The notes: a model not told the origin generated them from the letters alone. A stretch of DNA of 64,000 nucleotides from Candidatus Sericytochromatia bacterium (GCA_036676985.1 JAKFBU010000043.1:1-64000); one strand, 5' to 3'. Numbered from the stretch's first letter, positions 37,773 to 46,837 are shown. Program-made: numbers and translations.

Positions 37773-40072
37773 TACTGGCAGGCCTCGCAAGTCTCGGGGT
37801 TCTCAAGCGAACAGGCGATCGCCTGGCTTGGCACCGTCTGGGCGACGGTCGTCTTGTGAATCTGGGTCTTGGCACGAGAGCGCAAGTAGTAGGTGCTTTT
37901 GAGGCCGCGCTTCCAGGCATACATGTACATCGAGGAAAGTTTGCCCAGGCTGGGGTTCTCCTGGAAAAGGTTCAAGGACTGGGACTGGCAGATGAAGGCC
38001 GAACGGTCGGCGGCCATGTCGATGAGCGCCTTCTGAGGAATCTCCCAGGCGGTCTTGTAGAGTTCCTTGAGGTCGGAAGGGATGGCCGATATGGCCTGGA
38101 TCGAGCCCTCGTTCGCGATGAGCTGGGCACGGATCTCGGGCGTCCAGAGACATCTCGCCTTGAGGTCCCGCACCAGGTAGCGGTTGATCTGAAGGAACTC
38201 GCCCGAGAGCGTCTCCCGCTTGAAGAGGTTCGAGACCTGTGGCTCGATGCATTCGTAGCTGCCCACGATGGAGCCGATGGTCGCCGTCGGTGCGATCGCG
38301 ATGAGCAGGCCGTTGCGGAGCCCCCGCTCCCGGATCTGCTGGCGCAGAGGGGCCCAGTCCTCATGCAGCTCCGGAATCGCATGGCCGGCCTGGACGGCGA
38401 GATCCATCTGGAGCTGCCCGTCGGCGTACCGGGATTCGGCGAAGGCCGGGAAGGGCGTGCCCAGGCTCGCGCGCAGGGCCTCGAAGTAGATGACTTCTGA
38501 GATCCGGTTCGAGAGCTGGCGCGCTTCCGCGGACTCGAACGGGAGCCGTAGCTTGAAGAAAACGTCCTGTAGTCCCATGAGGCCAAGTCCCACAGGGCGC
38601 CAGCGACGATTGGAAGCCGCGGCCTCGGGGATAGGGTAGAAGTTGCGGTCGATGACCCGGTCGAGGAACGTCACGGCCGTGCGCACCACGGCACGCAGGG
38701 ACTCGAAGTCGAAGCGCCCGTCCGCGTCGACCAAGGCCGGGAGGTTGATCGAACCCAGGTTGCAGACGGCCGTCTCGCTGGAGCTCGTGACTTCCAGGAT
38801 TTCGGTGCAGAGGTTGCTGGAGTGGATGACATTGCGGGGCAGCCGGGTCTGGGCGGATCGCCTGTTGGCCGTGTCCTTGAAGCACATCCAGCCGTTGCCA
38901 GTCTCGGCGAGGGCCTGGATCATCCGAGCGTAAAGCGCCCGGGCGCTCACCTGCCGGCGGGCCAGTCCCCGTTCCTCCAAGTTCGTGTAGGCCGCATCGA
39001 ACGCGTCGCCCCACAGGTCGACCAGTTCGGGCGTCTCGGAGGGGCAGAACAGGCTCCAAGCCTCGTCCGCCTCCACCCGTTTCATGAACAGGTCGGGGAT
39101 CCACAGGGCCAAGTTCAGGTGGTGGGTTCTACGCTCCTCGGCGCCAGTGTTGTTGCGCAATTCGAGGAAGGCCTCGATGTCGACGTGCCAAGGCTGCACG
39201 TAGATGGCAGCGGCTCCCTTCCGCTTGCCGCCCTGGTTCACGGCATGGACCGAGGAGTCGAGCACCTTGAGGAAGGGGACGAGCCCGCTGCTGATCCCGT
39301 TGTTCCCGTTGATGAGCGAGCCAGAGCCGCGAACCTGCGTCCAGTCGATGCCGATGCCCCCGGACCACTTGGAGAGGCGGGCGCAGTCCGCGTAGGCCTT
39401 GTAGATCGCCTCCAGGCTGTCCTCGCCCACCGTGAGCAGGTAGCACGAGGACATCTGAGGATGCCGCGTGCCCGAATTGAAGAGGGTGGGCGAGGCCGTC
39501 ATGTACCGGAAGGTGCTCAGCGTCTCATACAGTTCGATCGCTTCAGAGACGCTCTCGGCGAGGCCGAGGGCCACGCGCATGAACATCCACTGGGGACGCT
39601 CGATGACCTGCCGCCCTCGCGGATGTCGCAGCAGGTATCGATCGTAAACCGTCTTGAGCCCGAAGTATTCGAACAGGCGATCACGCGAATGATCGATGGC
39701 CGCGACGAGCCTGGGCAGGTCGGTCTCGGCTCGGATCCGGACCTCGGGATCGAGCAGCTTGAGCGCGATGCCGTCCGCCAGGTACTGGTCAAAGGAGCGG
39801 TCCTGGCCGACCTCCTCGGCGATGTACTCGGCCAGGAGGCGCGCGCCGACCAGGGAATAGTTCGGCTCCTCGGCGACCAACATGACGGCGGTTGCAATCG
39901 AGCGCTCATCAAGCTCGCGCGTGGTGCTGCCCTCGTGCAGCCCGCTGATGGTCTGCTTGGCCACTTCGACGGCGTCGACCCCTTCTAGACCCTCGCAGGC
40001 GTGGCTGACGGCCCGCAGAATCTTCTCGAACTTGACGTCTTCCTTGGAACCATTGCGTTTAATGACTTGCAT
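37772..40072 (-). CDS. nrdA: Ribonucleotide reductase class Ia alpha subunit with ATP cone
   Basis: VIKRNG cone, SPTLFN, SSCYL, SNLCTEI, VCNLGS, APTAT, KSTYYLR and C-terminal CEAC. Confidence 0.97.
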   Translation of the reverse strand: MQVIKRNGSKEDVKFEKILRAVSHACEGLEGVDAVEVAKQTISGLHEGSTTRELDERSIATAVMLVAEEPNYSLVGARLLAEYIAEEVGQDRSFDQYLADGIALKLLDPEVRIRAETDLPRLVAAIDHSRDRLFEYFGLKTVYDRYLLRHPRGRQVIERPQWMFMRVALGLAESVSEAIELYETLSTFRYMTASPTLFNSGTRHPQMSSCYLLTVGEDSLEAIYKAYADCARLSKWSGGIGIDWTQVRGSGSLINGNNGISSGLVPFLKVLDSSVHAVNQGGKRKGAAAIYVQPWHVDIEAFLELRNNTGAEERRTHHLNLALWIPDLFMKRVEADEAWSLFCPSETPELVDLWGDAFDAAYTNLEERGLARRQVSARALYARMIQALAETGNGWMCFKDTANRRSAQTRLPRNVIHSSNLCTEILEVTSSSETAVCNLGSINLPALVDADGRFDFESLRAVVRTAVTFLDRVIDRNFYPIPEAAASNRRWRPVGLGLMGLQDVFFKLRLPFESAEARQLSNRISEVIYFEALRASLGTPFPAFAESRYADGQLQMDLAVQAGHAIPELHEDWAPLRQQIRERGLRNGLLIAIAPTATIGSIVGSYECIEPQVSNLFKRETLSGEFLQINRYLVRDLKARCLWTPEIRAQLIANEGSIQAISAIPSDLKELYKTAWEIPQKALIDMAADRSAFICQSQSLNLFQENPSLGKLSSMYMYAWKRGLKSTYYLRSRAKTQIHKTTVAQTVPSQAIACSLENPETCEACQ

Positions 40073-40100
40073 AGCGGCTCATCTCTTTCGGTGAGGGGGG

Positions 40101-41135
40101 TCATGCGCGGCTCGACGCGATCGCGTCGAGCCGCGCGCGAAGGGATGAATGGTGGCGGATCAGCTGCAAGGCACGCTCGGGCGCCTCGGGCAGGAGGCCG
40201 AACCCGATCAGCATTCGAACGTCACGCCCGACCACTTCGGCCCCAAGCGCCGCCGCCTGGAAGGAGGTGGCCATGTTGAAGAAGTAGACCTCGCCGTTGT
40301 CGCGGCAGCAGGCGACGGCAGCGGTCTCCGTGCCAGGCCTGTTCGCACAATCGACGACGACGTCCGCAAGCGCTTCGCCCGTGATGGCTAGGAAGCGCTC
40401 TAGCACGCTGGGCGGTCGGGTCGCATCCGCCACCAGCGGGGTCACCCAGGGAGGCAGCCCCTCGAGGCATGCGACTTGCTCGGAGAGGGGAACCAGCGCG
40501 ATCACCTGGCCGGTGGGGCCAACCTGGTCGGCAGCGGCATAGGTGGCGAGTAGCCCGGCCTTGCCGGCGGCGCCGATGACGAGGATGCGAGCACCCGGCT
40601 GTGCCAGGCGCTGGGTCTGGGGAACGACCCCACACACATCGAAGAGGCTCAGGGCCAGCGAGAAGGGCAGGTCCTCGGGGATGAGAGCATACTTGGCCGC
40701 CGGAGAGAGAACGGCCCTCCCTTCGACCCAGACCTGGTGGTTCTCCGGGGTGAGGTGTCGAACTCGGCGCAAGGTGAGGGGGACCAAGGTGTTGGAGACG
40801 AGGGTCGCCACACTGGATCCAAGGGGCACCTCACCCTGACGACCTCGCCCCAGGGCCACGATGCGCCCGGCCATGACGCCGCCCGAGCCTGTTCGCGGGT
40901 TGTGCAACTTTCCGCGCTCGGCAACGATCGCCAAGATCTCGGAGGTGATCGCCTCGTGATCCCCCCCATGCTGGCGCATGAGGTCTTGAAAGCTCGTGGC
41001 ATCGAGGTTGAGGACCGTCACGTCCATGGCAAGCTCATCGGGCTCGAGATCGGGGGCCGGGTCGAGACGCCAGGCATGGTAGGGAGTGGCTCCCACCGGG
41101 GAGACAATCCGGTTGAGCCCTGCGAAGCTACTCAT
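40101..41135 (-). CDS. kdd: L-erythro-3,5-diaminohexanoate dehydrogenase (Kdd)-like protein
   Basis: LNLDATSF, RGKLHNPRTGSGG, ATLVSNTL.PL, DVCG, GAAGKAG and FFNMATSF match my recollection of Kdd family motifs. Confidence 0.75.
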   Translation of the reverse strand: MSSFAGLNRIVSPVGATPYHAWRLDPAPDLEPDELAMDVTVLNLDATSFQDLMRQHGGDHEAITSEILAIVAERGKLHNPRTGSGGVMAGRIVALGRGRQGEVPLGSSVATLVSNTLVPLTLRRVRHLTPENHQVWVEGRAVLSPAAKYALIPEDLPFSLALSLFDVCGVVPQTQRLAQPGARILVIGAAGKAGLLATYAAADQVGPTGQVIALVPLSEQVACLEGLPPWVTPLVADATRPPSVLERFLAITGEALADVVVDCANRPGTETAAVACCRDNGEVYFFNMATSFQAAALGAEVVGRDVRMLIGFGLLPEAPERALQLIRHHSSLRARLDAIASSRA

Positions 41136-41610
41136 GGCGCCTCCCTTGCGGACAGTTGTTGCGCAGGCGCTCGGCGATCACCCATTCCTCCCTTGCCTCT
41201 GGACTGTTTAGCAAGAGGGCAGGGACCTCGCTGGGATGACCGTCGTCCGAGAGGGCGACCATGTGAAAGTAGCCGCTCGTCGCATGCTCACGGCTGCCGC
41301 CGATGGGGTCCTCGGCGAAGAGCTCGACCTTAACAGTCAAGGACGTTCGCCCCGCATAGACGACCTGGGCGACGAGTTCGACCAGGTGCCCGTGTTTGAT
41401 GGGCAGGTGAAAGTCAATGCGTTCCGTGGAGGCCGTCACGATGGCCTTTTGGGCATACCGGGAGGCGGCCAGGAAGGCCGCTCGGTCCATGAGATCCAGG
41501 ACCTTGCCCCCGAACATGGTGCCGTAGTGGTTGGTGGCGTTGGGGAAGACCATTTCGGCCAGCCGAACGGGTTCGGCCTGGCGTGCCGCGAGGGCAGTAG
41601 GCGAAGACAT
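41128..41610 (-). CDS. Hotdog-fold acyl-CoA thioesterase (YciA-like)
   Basis: VFPNATNHYGTMFGGKVLDLMD, VTAS..RIDF and GRTSL.V; GAGGAG RBS. Confidence 0.9.
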   Translation of the reverse strand: MSSPTALAARQAEPVRLAEMVFPNATNHYGTMFGGKVLDLMDRAAFLAASRYAQKAIVTASTERIDFHLPIKHGHLVELVAQVVYAGRTSLTVKVELFAEDPIGGSREHATSGYFHMVALSDDGHPSEVPALLLNSPEAREEWVIAERLRNNCPQGRRHE

Positions 41611-41746
41611 GCAGAGCTCCTCACTCGTGAGCCGCGGCCACAAGCCGGCAACAACGAGTCTGGGAGCCCTAAATGACGGCGTGAAGGGACATGGACCTTC
41701 AAGCGTGCGGCTCTCTGAACCTCGAAGAGCGGGTGGCACGCGTCAT

Positions 41747-41845
41747 ACCTGGTAGGCGATCGGGCTCACGAGCGAAGGCTCGCATACCGTTGCGGGACAG
41801 CACCGGATTCTCACCGGATTTCCCCTGGGCCAGGCGACAATACGT
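41747..41845 (-). promoter_or_regulatory. Cobalamin riboswitch (compact form)
   Basis: Minus strand reads CCTGG..AGGGGAAATCCGGTGAGAATCCGGTGCTGTCCCGCAACGGTA..GAGCCCGATCGCCT..CCAGG, with the GGGAA, CGGTG-RA-TCCG, CCCGCAACGGT and B12-box elements. Confidence 0.85.
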
Positions 41846-41851
41846 AGCACT

Positions 41852-41880
41852 ACGGTATTTAAGCTTGCTGGCTTTGTCAA
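41852..41880 (-). promoter_or_regulatory. Sigma70-like promoter of the riboswitch operon
   Basis: TTGACA-17 nt-TACCGT directly upstream of the aptamer. Confidence 0.6.
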
Positions 41881-42295
41881 TCACCAAGCGACGGCGAGCC
41901 CGGGCCCATGTGAGGCAGAAGCAGGGCGTTGAACAACGATCACCGGCAGTTTTGGCGTCTCGACGGCAGGTGGTAGGTACCGGGGTTGCATTCCCGCCGC
42001 TCCGACCGCCCCCCTGCTCTGTGAGGACGAGCGAGAGTCATGGCACGATTTGGTCGTAGCGTCAGTTTGAGGCTGTAAGAGTAGCCCTGCCAGCAGGGCC
42101 CGTCGTTGTCCGTGGCGAGGCGGCGATGGGGAGAAAGTTCAGAACCAATCAGTCCGCTGTCTTGCCTCGGGTGGTTATTATTCTGGTCAAGGTCATAACC
42201 GGATTCGAACTAAGGAAATTCCCAAGAAACCCGATCTATCCTGGATCGAAAGGAGACCAAAGACGCGCAGCCAGCACCACGCTCTTAAACAATGA

Positions 42296-42331
42296 ACCCC
42301 CGAAACGCGATCTTCCTCGCGTTTCGGGGGG
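42296..42331 (-). terminator. Hairpin after tRNA-Val
   Basis: CCCCCGAAACGCGA / TCGCGTTTCGGGGG inverted repeat. Confidence 0.65.
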
Positions 42332-42336
42332 ACTAG

Positions 42337-42410
42337 TGGGCACAACTGGATTCGAACCAGTGACCTCATCGATGTCAACGATGCGCTCTAACCAACTGAG
42401 CTATGCGCCC
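42337..42410 (-). tRNA. tRNA-Val(GAC)
   Basis: Cloverleaf GGGCGCA..., anticodon arm CATCG-TTGACAT-CGATG, GGTTCGAATCC; CCA not encoded. Confidence 0.95.
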
Positions 42411-42433
42411 TGAATTCCTTGGAATTCAAGGAG

Positions 42434-42504
42434 AGGCGGCACCCAGATTCGAACTGGGGGTGGAGCTTTTGCAGAGCTCTGCCTTACCACTTGGCTATGC
42501 CGCC
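42434..42504 (-). tRNA. tRNA-Cys(GCA)
   Basis: GGCGGCATAGCCAAGTGGTAAGGC, anticodon arm GAGCT-CTGCAAA-AGCTC, TTCGAAT; CCA not encoded. Confidence 0.95.
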
Positions 42505-42555
42505 GAAATGCTTCGGCCCGCGATTCCCCCAAAGGAACCTTCGGGCCGACGCGAG

Positions 42556-42628
42556 AGCGGGTGACGCGATTCGAACGCGCGACAGCCTGCTTGGGAAGCA
42601 GGTACTCTACCAGCTGAGTTACACCCGC
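42556..42628 (-). tRNA. tRNA-Gly(CCC)
   Basis: GCGGGTGTAACTCAGCTGGTAGAGT, anticodon arm CCTGC-TTCCCAA-GCAGG, GTTCGAATC; CCA not encoded. Confidence 0.95.
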
Positions 42629-42640
42629 GAAGCGAATTCC

Positions 42641-42669
42641 AAGATACCGAAGGTCCCGGCGATTGTCAA
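42641..42669 (-). promoter_or_regulatory. Sigma70-like promoter of the tRNA cluster
   Basis: TTGACA-17 nt-TATCTT. Confidence 0.6.
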
Positions 42670-42867
42670 CCGAGCGCTGCTGTCGCCCGAGGAGGATTAA
42701 CTTAATATTTCTTGACACTCCCGCTCTGCGGCCCTTAGGATCGTCCCGTAATGTTACCTGGGTGCCGCATGGTTGCTTGCTCGGGGCCCAATCGCACGGG
42801 TCGGGGGTACGGTCCAGCGCCGTCCCCTCCGTTCAGCGACCGCAGCCGATTGAGAGGAGGGTCTTTC

Positions 42868-43638
42868 ATGGCGATCGAACTGAAGCCTCAGGTCGTCGCA
42901 CATGTCGCAGAGCCCATCGCCAAGGTCGAAGCCACGCCTCGCATCACCGACCGCGTCGCGATCCGTGTCCTCAACACCCCCAACTTCCAGGAAGCCACGC
43001 TCCGCAAGCTCATCACCCCCAAGATCGAGGTCGACCAGGCCGAGGGCCTGGTCTCGATCGTCAGCCAGGGGTTGAGCCTCACCGAGGAGAAGCGCACGGA
43101 GGGCGACGAGGCGATCCTGATCGAGGTCGCCGCCCGCTACCGCCGCGGCGAGGGCGCCATCAAGCAGCTCTACCGCTTCCTGGTCTTCCAGGAGAACGGC
43201 ACCACCTACTGCCAGCGCCTGCCCATGGGCTCTTGGGCCCCCACCGACCCCGATACCTGCTTCGAGTGGCTCGGCCGGGGCGGTCACCAGCAGGGCGACT
43301 TCGTCCTCTTGCCCCGCAAACGTCTGCCCTCGGGCGTCATCGAGATCGAGCGCCCCAAGGCCCTCAGCGCCTGGAAGCGCGCCGTCGAGAACCTCAAGAA
43401 CCTCTTCAGCGACTCGCTGTTCAACGACGAGGTGATGAGCACCGAGTGGGGTCGCCTCATCGGCCGGCACAACCCGGTGGACTGCACGGTCTACCGCAAG
43501 GACAACCGCCTCTACCTGGTGGCTCCGCACGACACCGAGGTGCAGCACCCCGAGCACGCGACCCTCTCGATCCCCAAGGGCACCTACGAGATCGTCGAGG
43601 ACCGCGCGAGTAGCTACTGGCGCAAGGCGATCGACTAG
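42868..43638 (+). CDS. Hypothetical protein with a C-terminal QGD...H...HPEH domain
   Basis: AGGAGG RBS; QQGDFVLLP, GRH and HPEHATLSIPKGTYEIV; strong GC3 codon bias. Confidence 0.8.
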   Translation: MAIELKPQVVAHVAEPIAKVEATPRITDRVAIRVLNTPNFQEATLRKLITPKIEVDQAEGLVSIVSQGLSLTEEKRTEGDEAILIEVAARYRRGEGAIKQLYRFLVFQENGTTYCQRLPMGSWAPTDPDTCFEWLGRGGHQQGDFVLLPRKRLPSGVIEIERPKALSAWKRAVENLKNLFSDSLFNDEVMSTEWGRLIGRHNPVDCTVYRKDNRLYLVAPHDTEVQHPEHATLSIPKGTYEIVEDRASSYWRKAID

Positions 43639-43652
43639 GTACGCCCATCGCC

Positions 43653-44177
43653 ATGCGGCACCGGTTTGGAGCGATCGCCCTGGCGGCGATCGCTCTCTCC
43701 CTTTCGCTACCGGCCGAGGCCGAGGTCTATCGCATCCAGGCCAGGCCCCTGTCCCCCTTCAAGTCCCGCGCCGTCCAGCCGGACCTGAGCCCCGATGCGC
43801 CAGCGGCGATCGAGGTGCCGGACTGGCTCGACTGGGCGCTGCGCCTCATGGACGGCCGGGCCTTCACCTTCGCCCAGCCGTCCTGGGACGGGACGCTCGT
43901 GCCCGGCCTGAACTGGCGAATGGGGCTCGAGGCCGGGCTCAAGGGGCGCATGGACCTCGGCTATGGGCCGGCGCTGGTCGTCAGCGGCCGGCTGAGCGGG
44001 CCATGGGGAGCCGTCGACAACGCCAGCACGGTGCTGGCGAGCGCCGGGGGCATGGCGTGGCTGTCGGAGGTGACGCTCGGACGCGGGCCCTGGGCCCTCA
44101 ATATGCGGGCCTGGGACAGCCCGGGGGTCAGCTCGGTTGGTCGGTCGGCGACTCTGACGCTGCGGCAAGGCTTCTAG
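43653..44177 (+). CDS. Hypothetical exported protein
   Basis: Signal peptide ending AEA; C-terminus LTLRQGF. Confidence 0.55.
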   Translation: MRHRFGAIALAAIALSLSLPAEAEVYRIQARPLSPFKSRAVQPDLSPDAPAAIEVPDWLDWALRLMDGRAFTFAQPSWDGTLVPGLNWRMGLEAGLKGRMDLGYGPALVVSGRLSGPWGAVDNASTVLASAGGMAWLSEVTLGRGPWALNMRAWDSPGVSSVGRSATLTLRQGF

Positions 44178-44949
44178 CCTCGGGCCGCGCGTGCATGTAC
44201 AGCACCGTCAGGGCGATGGTGCTCCAGACGTGGATCCAGATCATCGCCATCCAGCCGAAGACGCCGATGGGGAAGGGCAGGATCCCGAGAATGGCCGCCA
44301 AGAGGTAGCCCACGGCCTGCAGCGACAGCAAGCCGATGATCAGGCCGAAGTGCGCCTTGACCACCGCCAGGCTGTCCTTGAAGGCCTGCGTCCAGGGCTT
44401 GTTCGCGAGCACCACGGCCTGCTTCCAGAAGAGCAGCCCGAGCGTGACGAGCCCGTACCAGAGCACCGCCAACAGGGCCATCATGAGCAGGCGATCGACG
44501 GCGAGGATGAGGGCCGGATCCGCGTTGAGCAAGACGTCCGGCTGGGTCTGGGCCTTCTCGAGGAGCTGGGGCAGCTCCTTCTGGAGCCGCAGGAGCATGG
44601 GCTCGCCCACCCACGTGGCGCCGGCGTAGATGAGGGGCAGGGCCACCAGGCCCACCAGCGCCAGGAAGGCGACGGTGCCCATGAGGAGCCCGCTGAAGTG
44701 CCGCCCGATGGCCACGAAGAAGTCGTCCCACTGGGGCTTCTGGTCCGCCTCGGCGCGCGCGATGAGCGCGTACCAGCCCGCCGTGACCGCCAGGTTGACG
44801 AGCCCCGTGATGAGGAGGCCGAAGCCGGGGGCGCCCGTGGGGATCATGAGGCTCGTGAAGAGGGCGACGCCGAGCGGCGGGGTCCAGAGGATCGGTTGGG
44901 TCCGAAGCAGGGTGGCTGCGCGACCGACAAGTTGCTTGAGGGAGAGCAT
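44128..44949 (-). CDS. Hypothetical multi-pass membrane protein
   Basis: About six hydrophobic helices; typical codon usage. Confidence 0.75.
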   Translation of the reverse strand: MLSLKQLVGRAATLLRTQPILWTPPLGVALFTSLMIPTGAPGFGLLITGLVNLAVTAGWYALIARAEADQKPQWDDFFVAIGRHFSGLLMGTVAFLALVGLVALPLIYAGATWVGEPMLLRLQKELPQLLEKAQTQPDVLLNADPALILAVDRLLMMALLAVLWYGLVTLGLLFWKQAVVLANKPWTQAFKDSLAVVKAHFGLIIGLLSLQAVGYLLAAILGILPFPIGVFGWMAMIWIHVWSTIALTVLYMHARPEARSLAAASESPTDQPS

Positions 44950-45064
44950 CAGGGTATCCTTGAGGGTAGATGGCGGCGCCGGCGCGCCCGGGCGGGGTTT
45001 TACGACCCATCGTACCGAGCGGACGGCGGGCTGTCCACACGAGCGACCCCTTTTGGAGGCGACC

Positions 45065-45574
45065 TTGACCGCGACGCTGCTGGACCTGTTCGGCGTGCTG
45101 ATCCTCGCCTATAACGTCCTGAGAGGCCTGACCACGGGCCTCATCCGCACGTCGGTGGGGGCCATCGCCGTGGTGCTCGCGACCTTTGCCGCCTTCCAGT
45201 ACCAGGAGGTCGCGGCTCCGCTCGTGGATCCCTGGGTCCCACCGAGCTTCCCCATGGCGTTCCTCTTGCGCCCTCTCATCATCTGGCTTATGGCCTACGT
45301 GGGCATCAACCTCGTGGGCTGGGCTCTGCGCTGGGCAGTGCGCGTGACCCCCCTGGTGCTCGCGGACCGCATCGGCGGGGCCGTGTTCGGCTTCTTCACC
45401 GGGGTGGTGGTGCTCGCGATCCCGATGATCCTGATCGCGAACTTCCCGCTGCTGCAGCAGATCCCCTTCATCCAGGACGCGCTCGCGCACTCGGCGATCG
45501 CGGGCATGCTGACGCCCGTGGTCCACCTGGTGCTGGGGCTGGTGCCGGTGTTGCCGCCGGTGGAGATGATCTAG
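45065..45574 (+). CDS. cvpA: CvpA-family membrane protein
   Basis: TTG start after GGAGG; LD...GLTTGLIR and ADRIGGAVFG. Confidence 0.8.
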   Translation: MTATLLDLFGVLILAYNVLRGLTTGLIRTSVGAIAVVLATFAAFQYQEVAAPLVDPWVPPSFPMAFLLRPLIIWLMAYVGINLVGWALRWAVRVTPLVLADRIGGAVFGFFTGVVVLAIPMILIANFPLLQQIPFIQDALAHSAIAGMLTPVVHLVLGLVPVLPPVEMI

Positions 45575-45611
45575 GGGGCCGTCCGAGCTTGCGGGACCGG
45601 TCATGCACGGG

Positions 45612-45777
45612 AGGAACCGTTTGCCTTTCGACCAGGCTCAAGACAAACGGTTTTATTGTGGGGGAACGGGGTTGTTGAGGATGTCCTGAGTGGCATGTCC
45701 TAGGCTTGAATAGCCACCCATTGAGACCCACAACACAACCGTTCACCTTGAGCCTGGTCGAAAGGCGAACGGTTCCT
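45612..45777. repeat. Long inverted repeat (31-bp arms), a REP/MITE-like element or structured RNA
   Basis: Arms 45612-45642 and 45747-45777 are complementary with one mismatch; further inner pairing ACGGTT/AACCGT and TTGTGGG/CCCACAA. Confidence 0.85.
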
Positions 45778-45793
45778 TTTAGAAAAGCGCCGT

Positions 45794-46837
45794 TCAGGCG
45801 ATCGGCTCGTAGAACGCCGGTTTGAGGTTGGGCTCTTCCTTCTGGAGCGCCGCTCCGAAGGGCATGCGGATGGTCAGGAGCGTGTCCCGCACCAAGAGGT
45901 GATCCGCCGTGAGCAGGGTGAAGCCCGCGGCCTCCAGCGTCTCGGTCTTGGCCGGCTGGTAGTCCGGGCTCCAGGCGAGCACGATGTTCTCCGGGAAGCC
46001 CCGGAGCTTGCCCAGCCCGAACCGCAAGAGCGTCTCGTACAGGTGCTCGTAGCCGGGGTGGACCATGAGCCGCAGGCTCTGCGGCAGGGGCTTGAAGTGG
46101 CCCTGGATGCGCAGGTAGCCCACGATCTGGCGATCGGGCGTCTCGAGCACGTAGCGCAGATCCTCGAACAGGCCCAGCTTGCGCCGCCACCGGGACAGCG
46201 TGTGCTCGATGAAGCCCTGCTCGAAGTCCCCCACCGAGCGCGAGTCGACGAGCCGCACGCTCGCGGGCGTGCAGGCGCTGTAGAGGTCCAAGAGGGCCGC
46301 CGCGTCCTTGGGACGGTAGGGCCTGAGGCCCTCGGGCGGCTCGACGGGCTCGAACTCGCGCAGGTTGTCCGGGGCGAGCTCGTAGTAGGAGAGCGTCGCG
46401 TACTTGCGGAAGCCCTTCTTGGCGTAGAGGCCCATGGCCGCCAGGTTGCGGGTGTCCACCTCGAGCGTGAAGCAGCGCGCCCCCATGGTGCCGTAGCGCT
46501 CGAACACGTAGTCGAGCATCTCGCCCGCGACGCCCCGGTGCCGGTAGTCGGGGGCGACCGCCACGTAGTCGATGTGCCAGCGGGTCTGCTGATGGTTGCC
46601 CGGACTCGCCTGGATGAAGCCCACGATCCCCGTCTCCGCCTCGGAGACGTGCAGGTTCATGGTGTACTGGTAAGGGTTGGGGAAGAGGGAGAGGGCGCGG
46701 ACCAGGGGGTACATCTTCTGCCAGCGCGCGAACTGGCCTGTCAGGTCGACGCCGCGGCGCTCGAACTCCTCGGTGAACGACCGGTCGAAGATCGTCTTCA
46801 GCGCAGGCAGGTCCATGAAGCGGACCGGACGGATCAT
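45794..46837 (-). CDS. Tandem GNAT acetyltransferase
   Basis: VAVAPDYRHRGVAG and LEVDTRNLAAMGLYAKKGF; second degenerate GNAT domain. Confidence 0.85.
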   Translation of the reverse strand: MIRPVRFMDLPALKTIFDRSFTEEFERRGVDLTGQFARWQKMYPLVRALSLFPNPYQYTMNLHVSEAETGIVGFIQASPGNHQQTRWHIDYVAVAPDYRHRGVAGEMLDYVFERYGTMGARCFTLEVDTRNLAAMGLYAKKGFRKYATLSYYELAPDNLREFEPVEPPEGLRPYRPKDAAALLDLYSACTPASVRLVDSRSVGDFEQGFIEHTLSRWRRKLGLFEDLRYVLETPDRQIVGYLRIQGHFKPLPQSLRLMVHPGYEHLYETLLRFGLGKLRGFPENIVLAWSPDYQPAKTETLEAAGFTLLTADHLLVRDTLLTIRMPFGAALQKEEPNLKPAFYEPIA

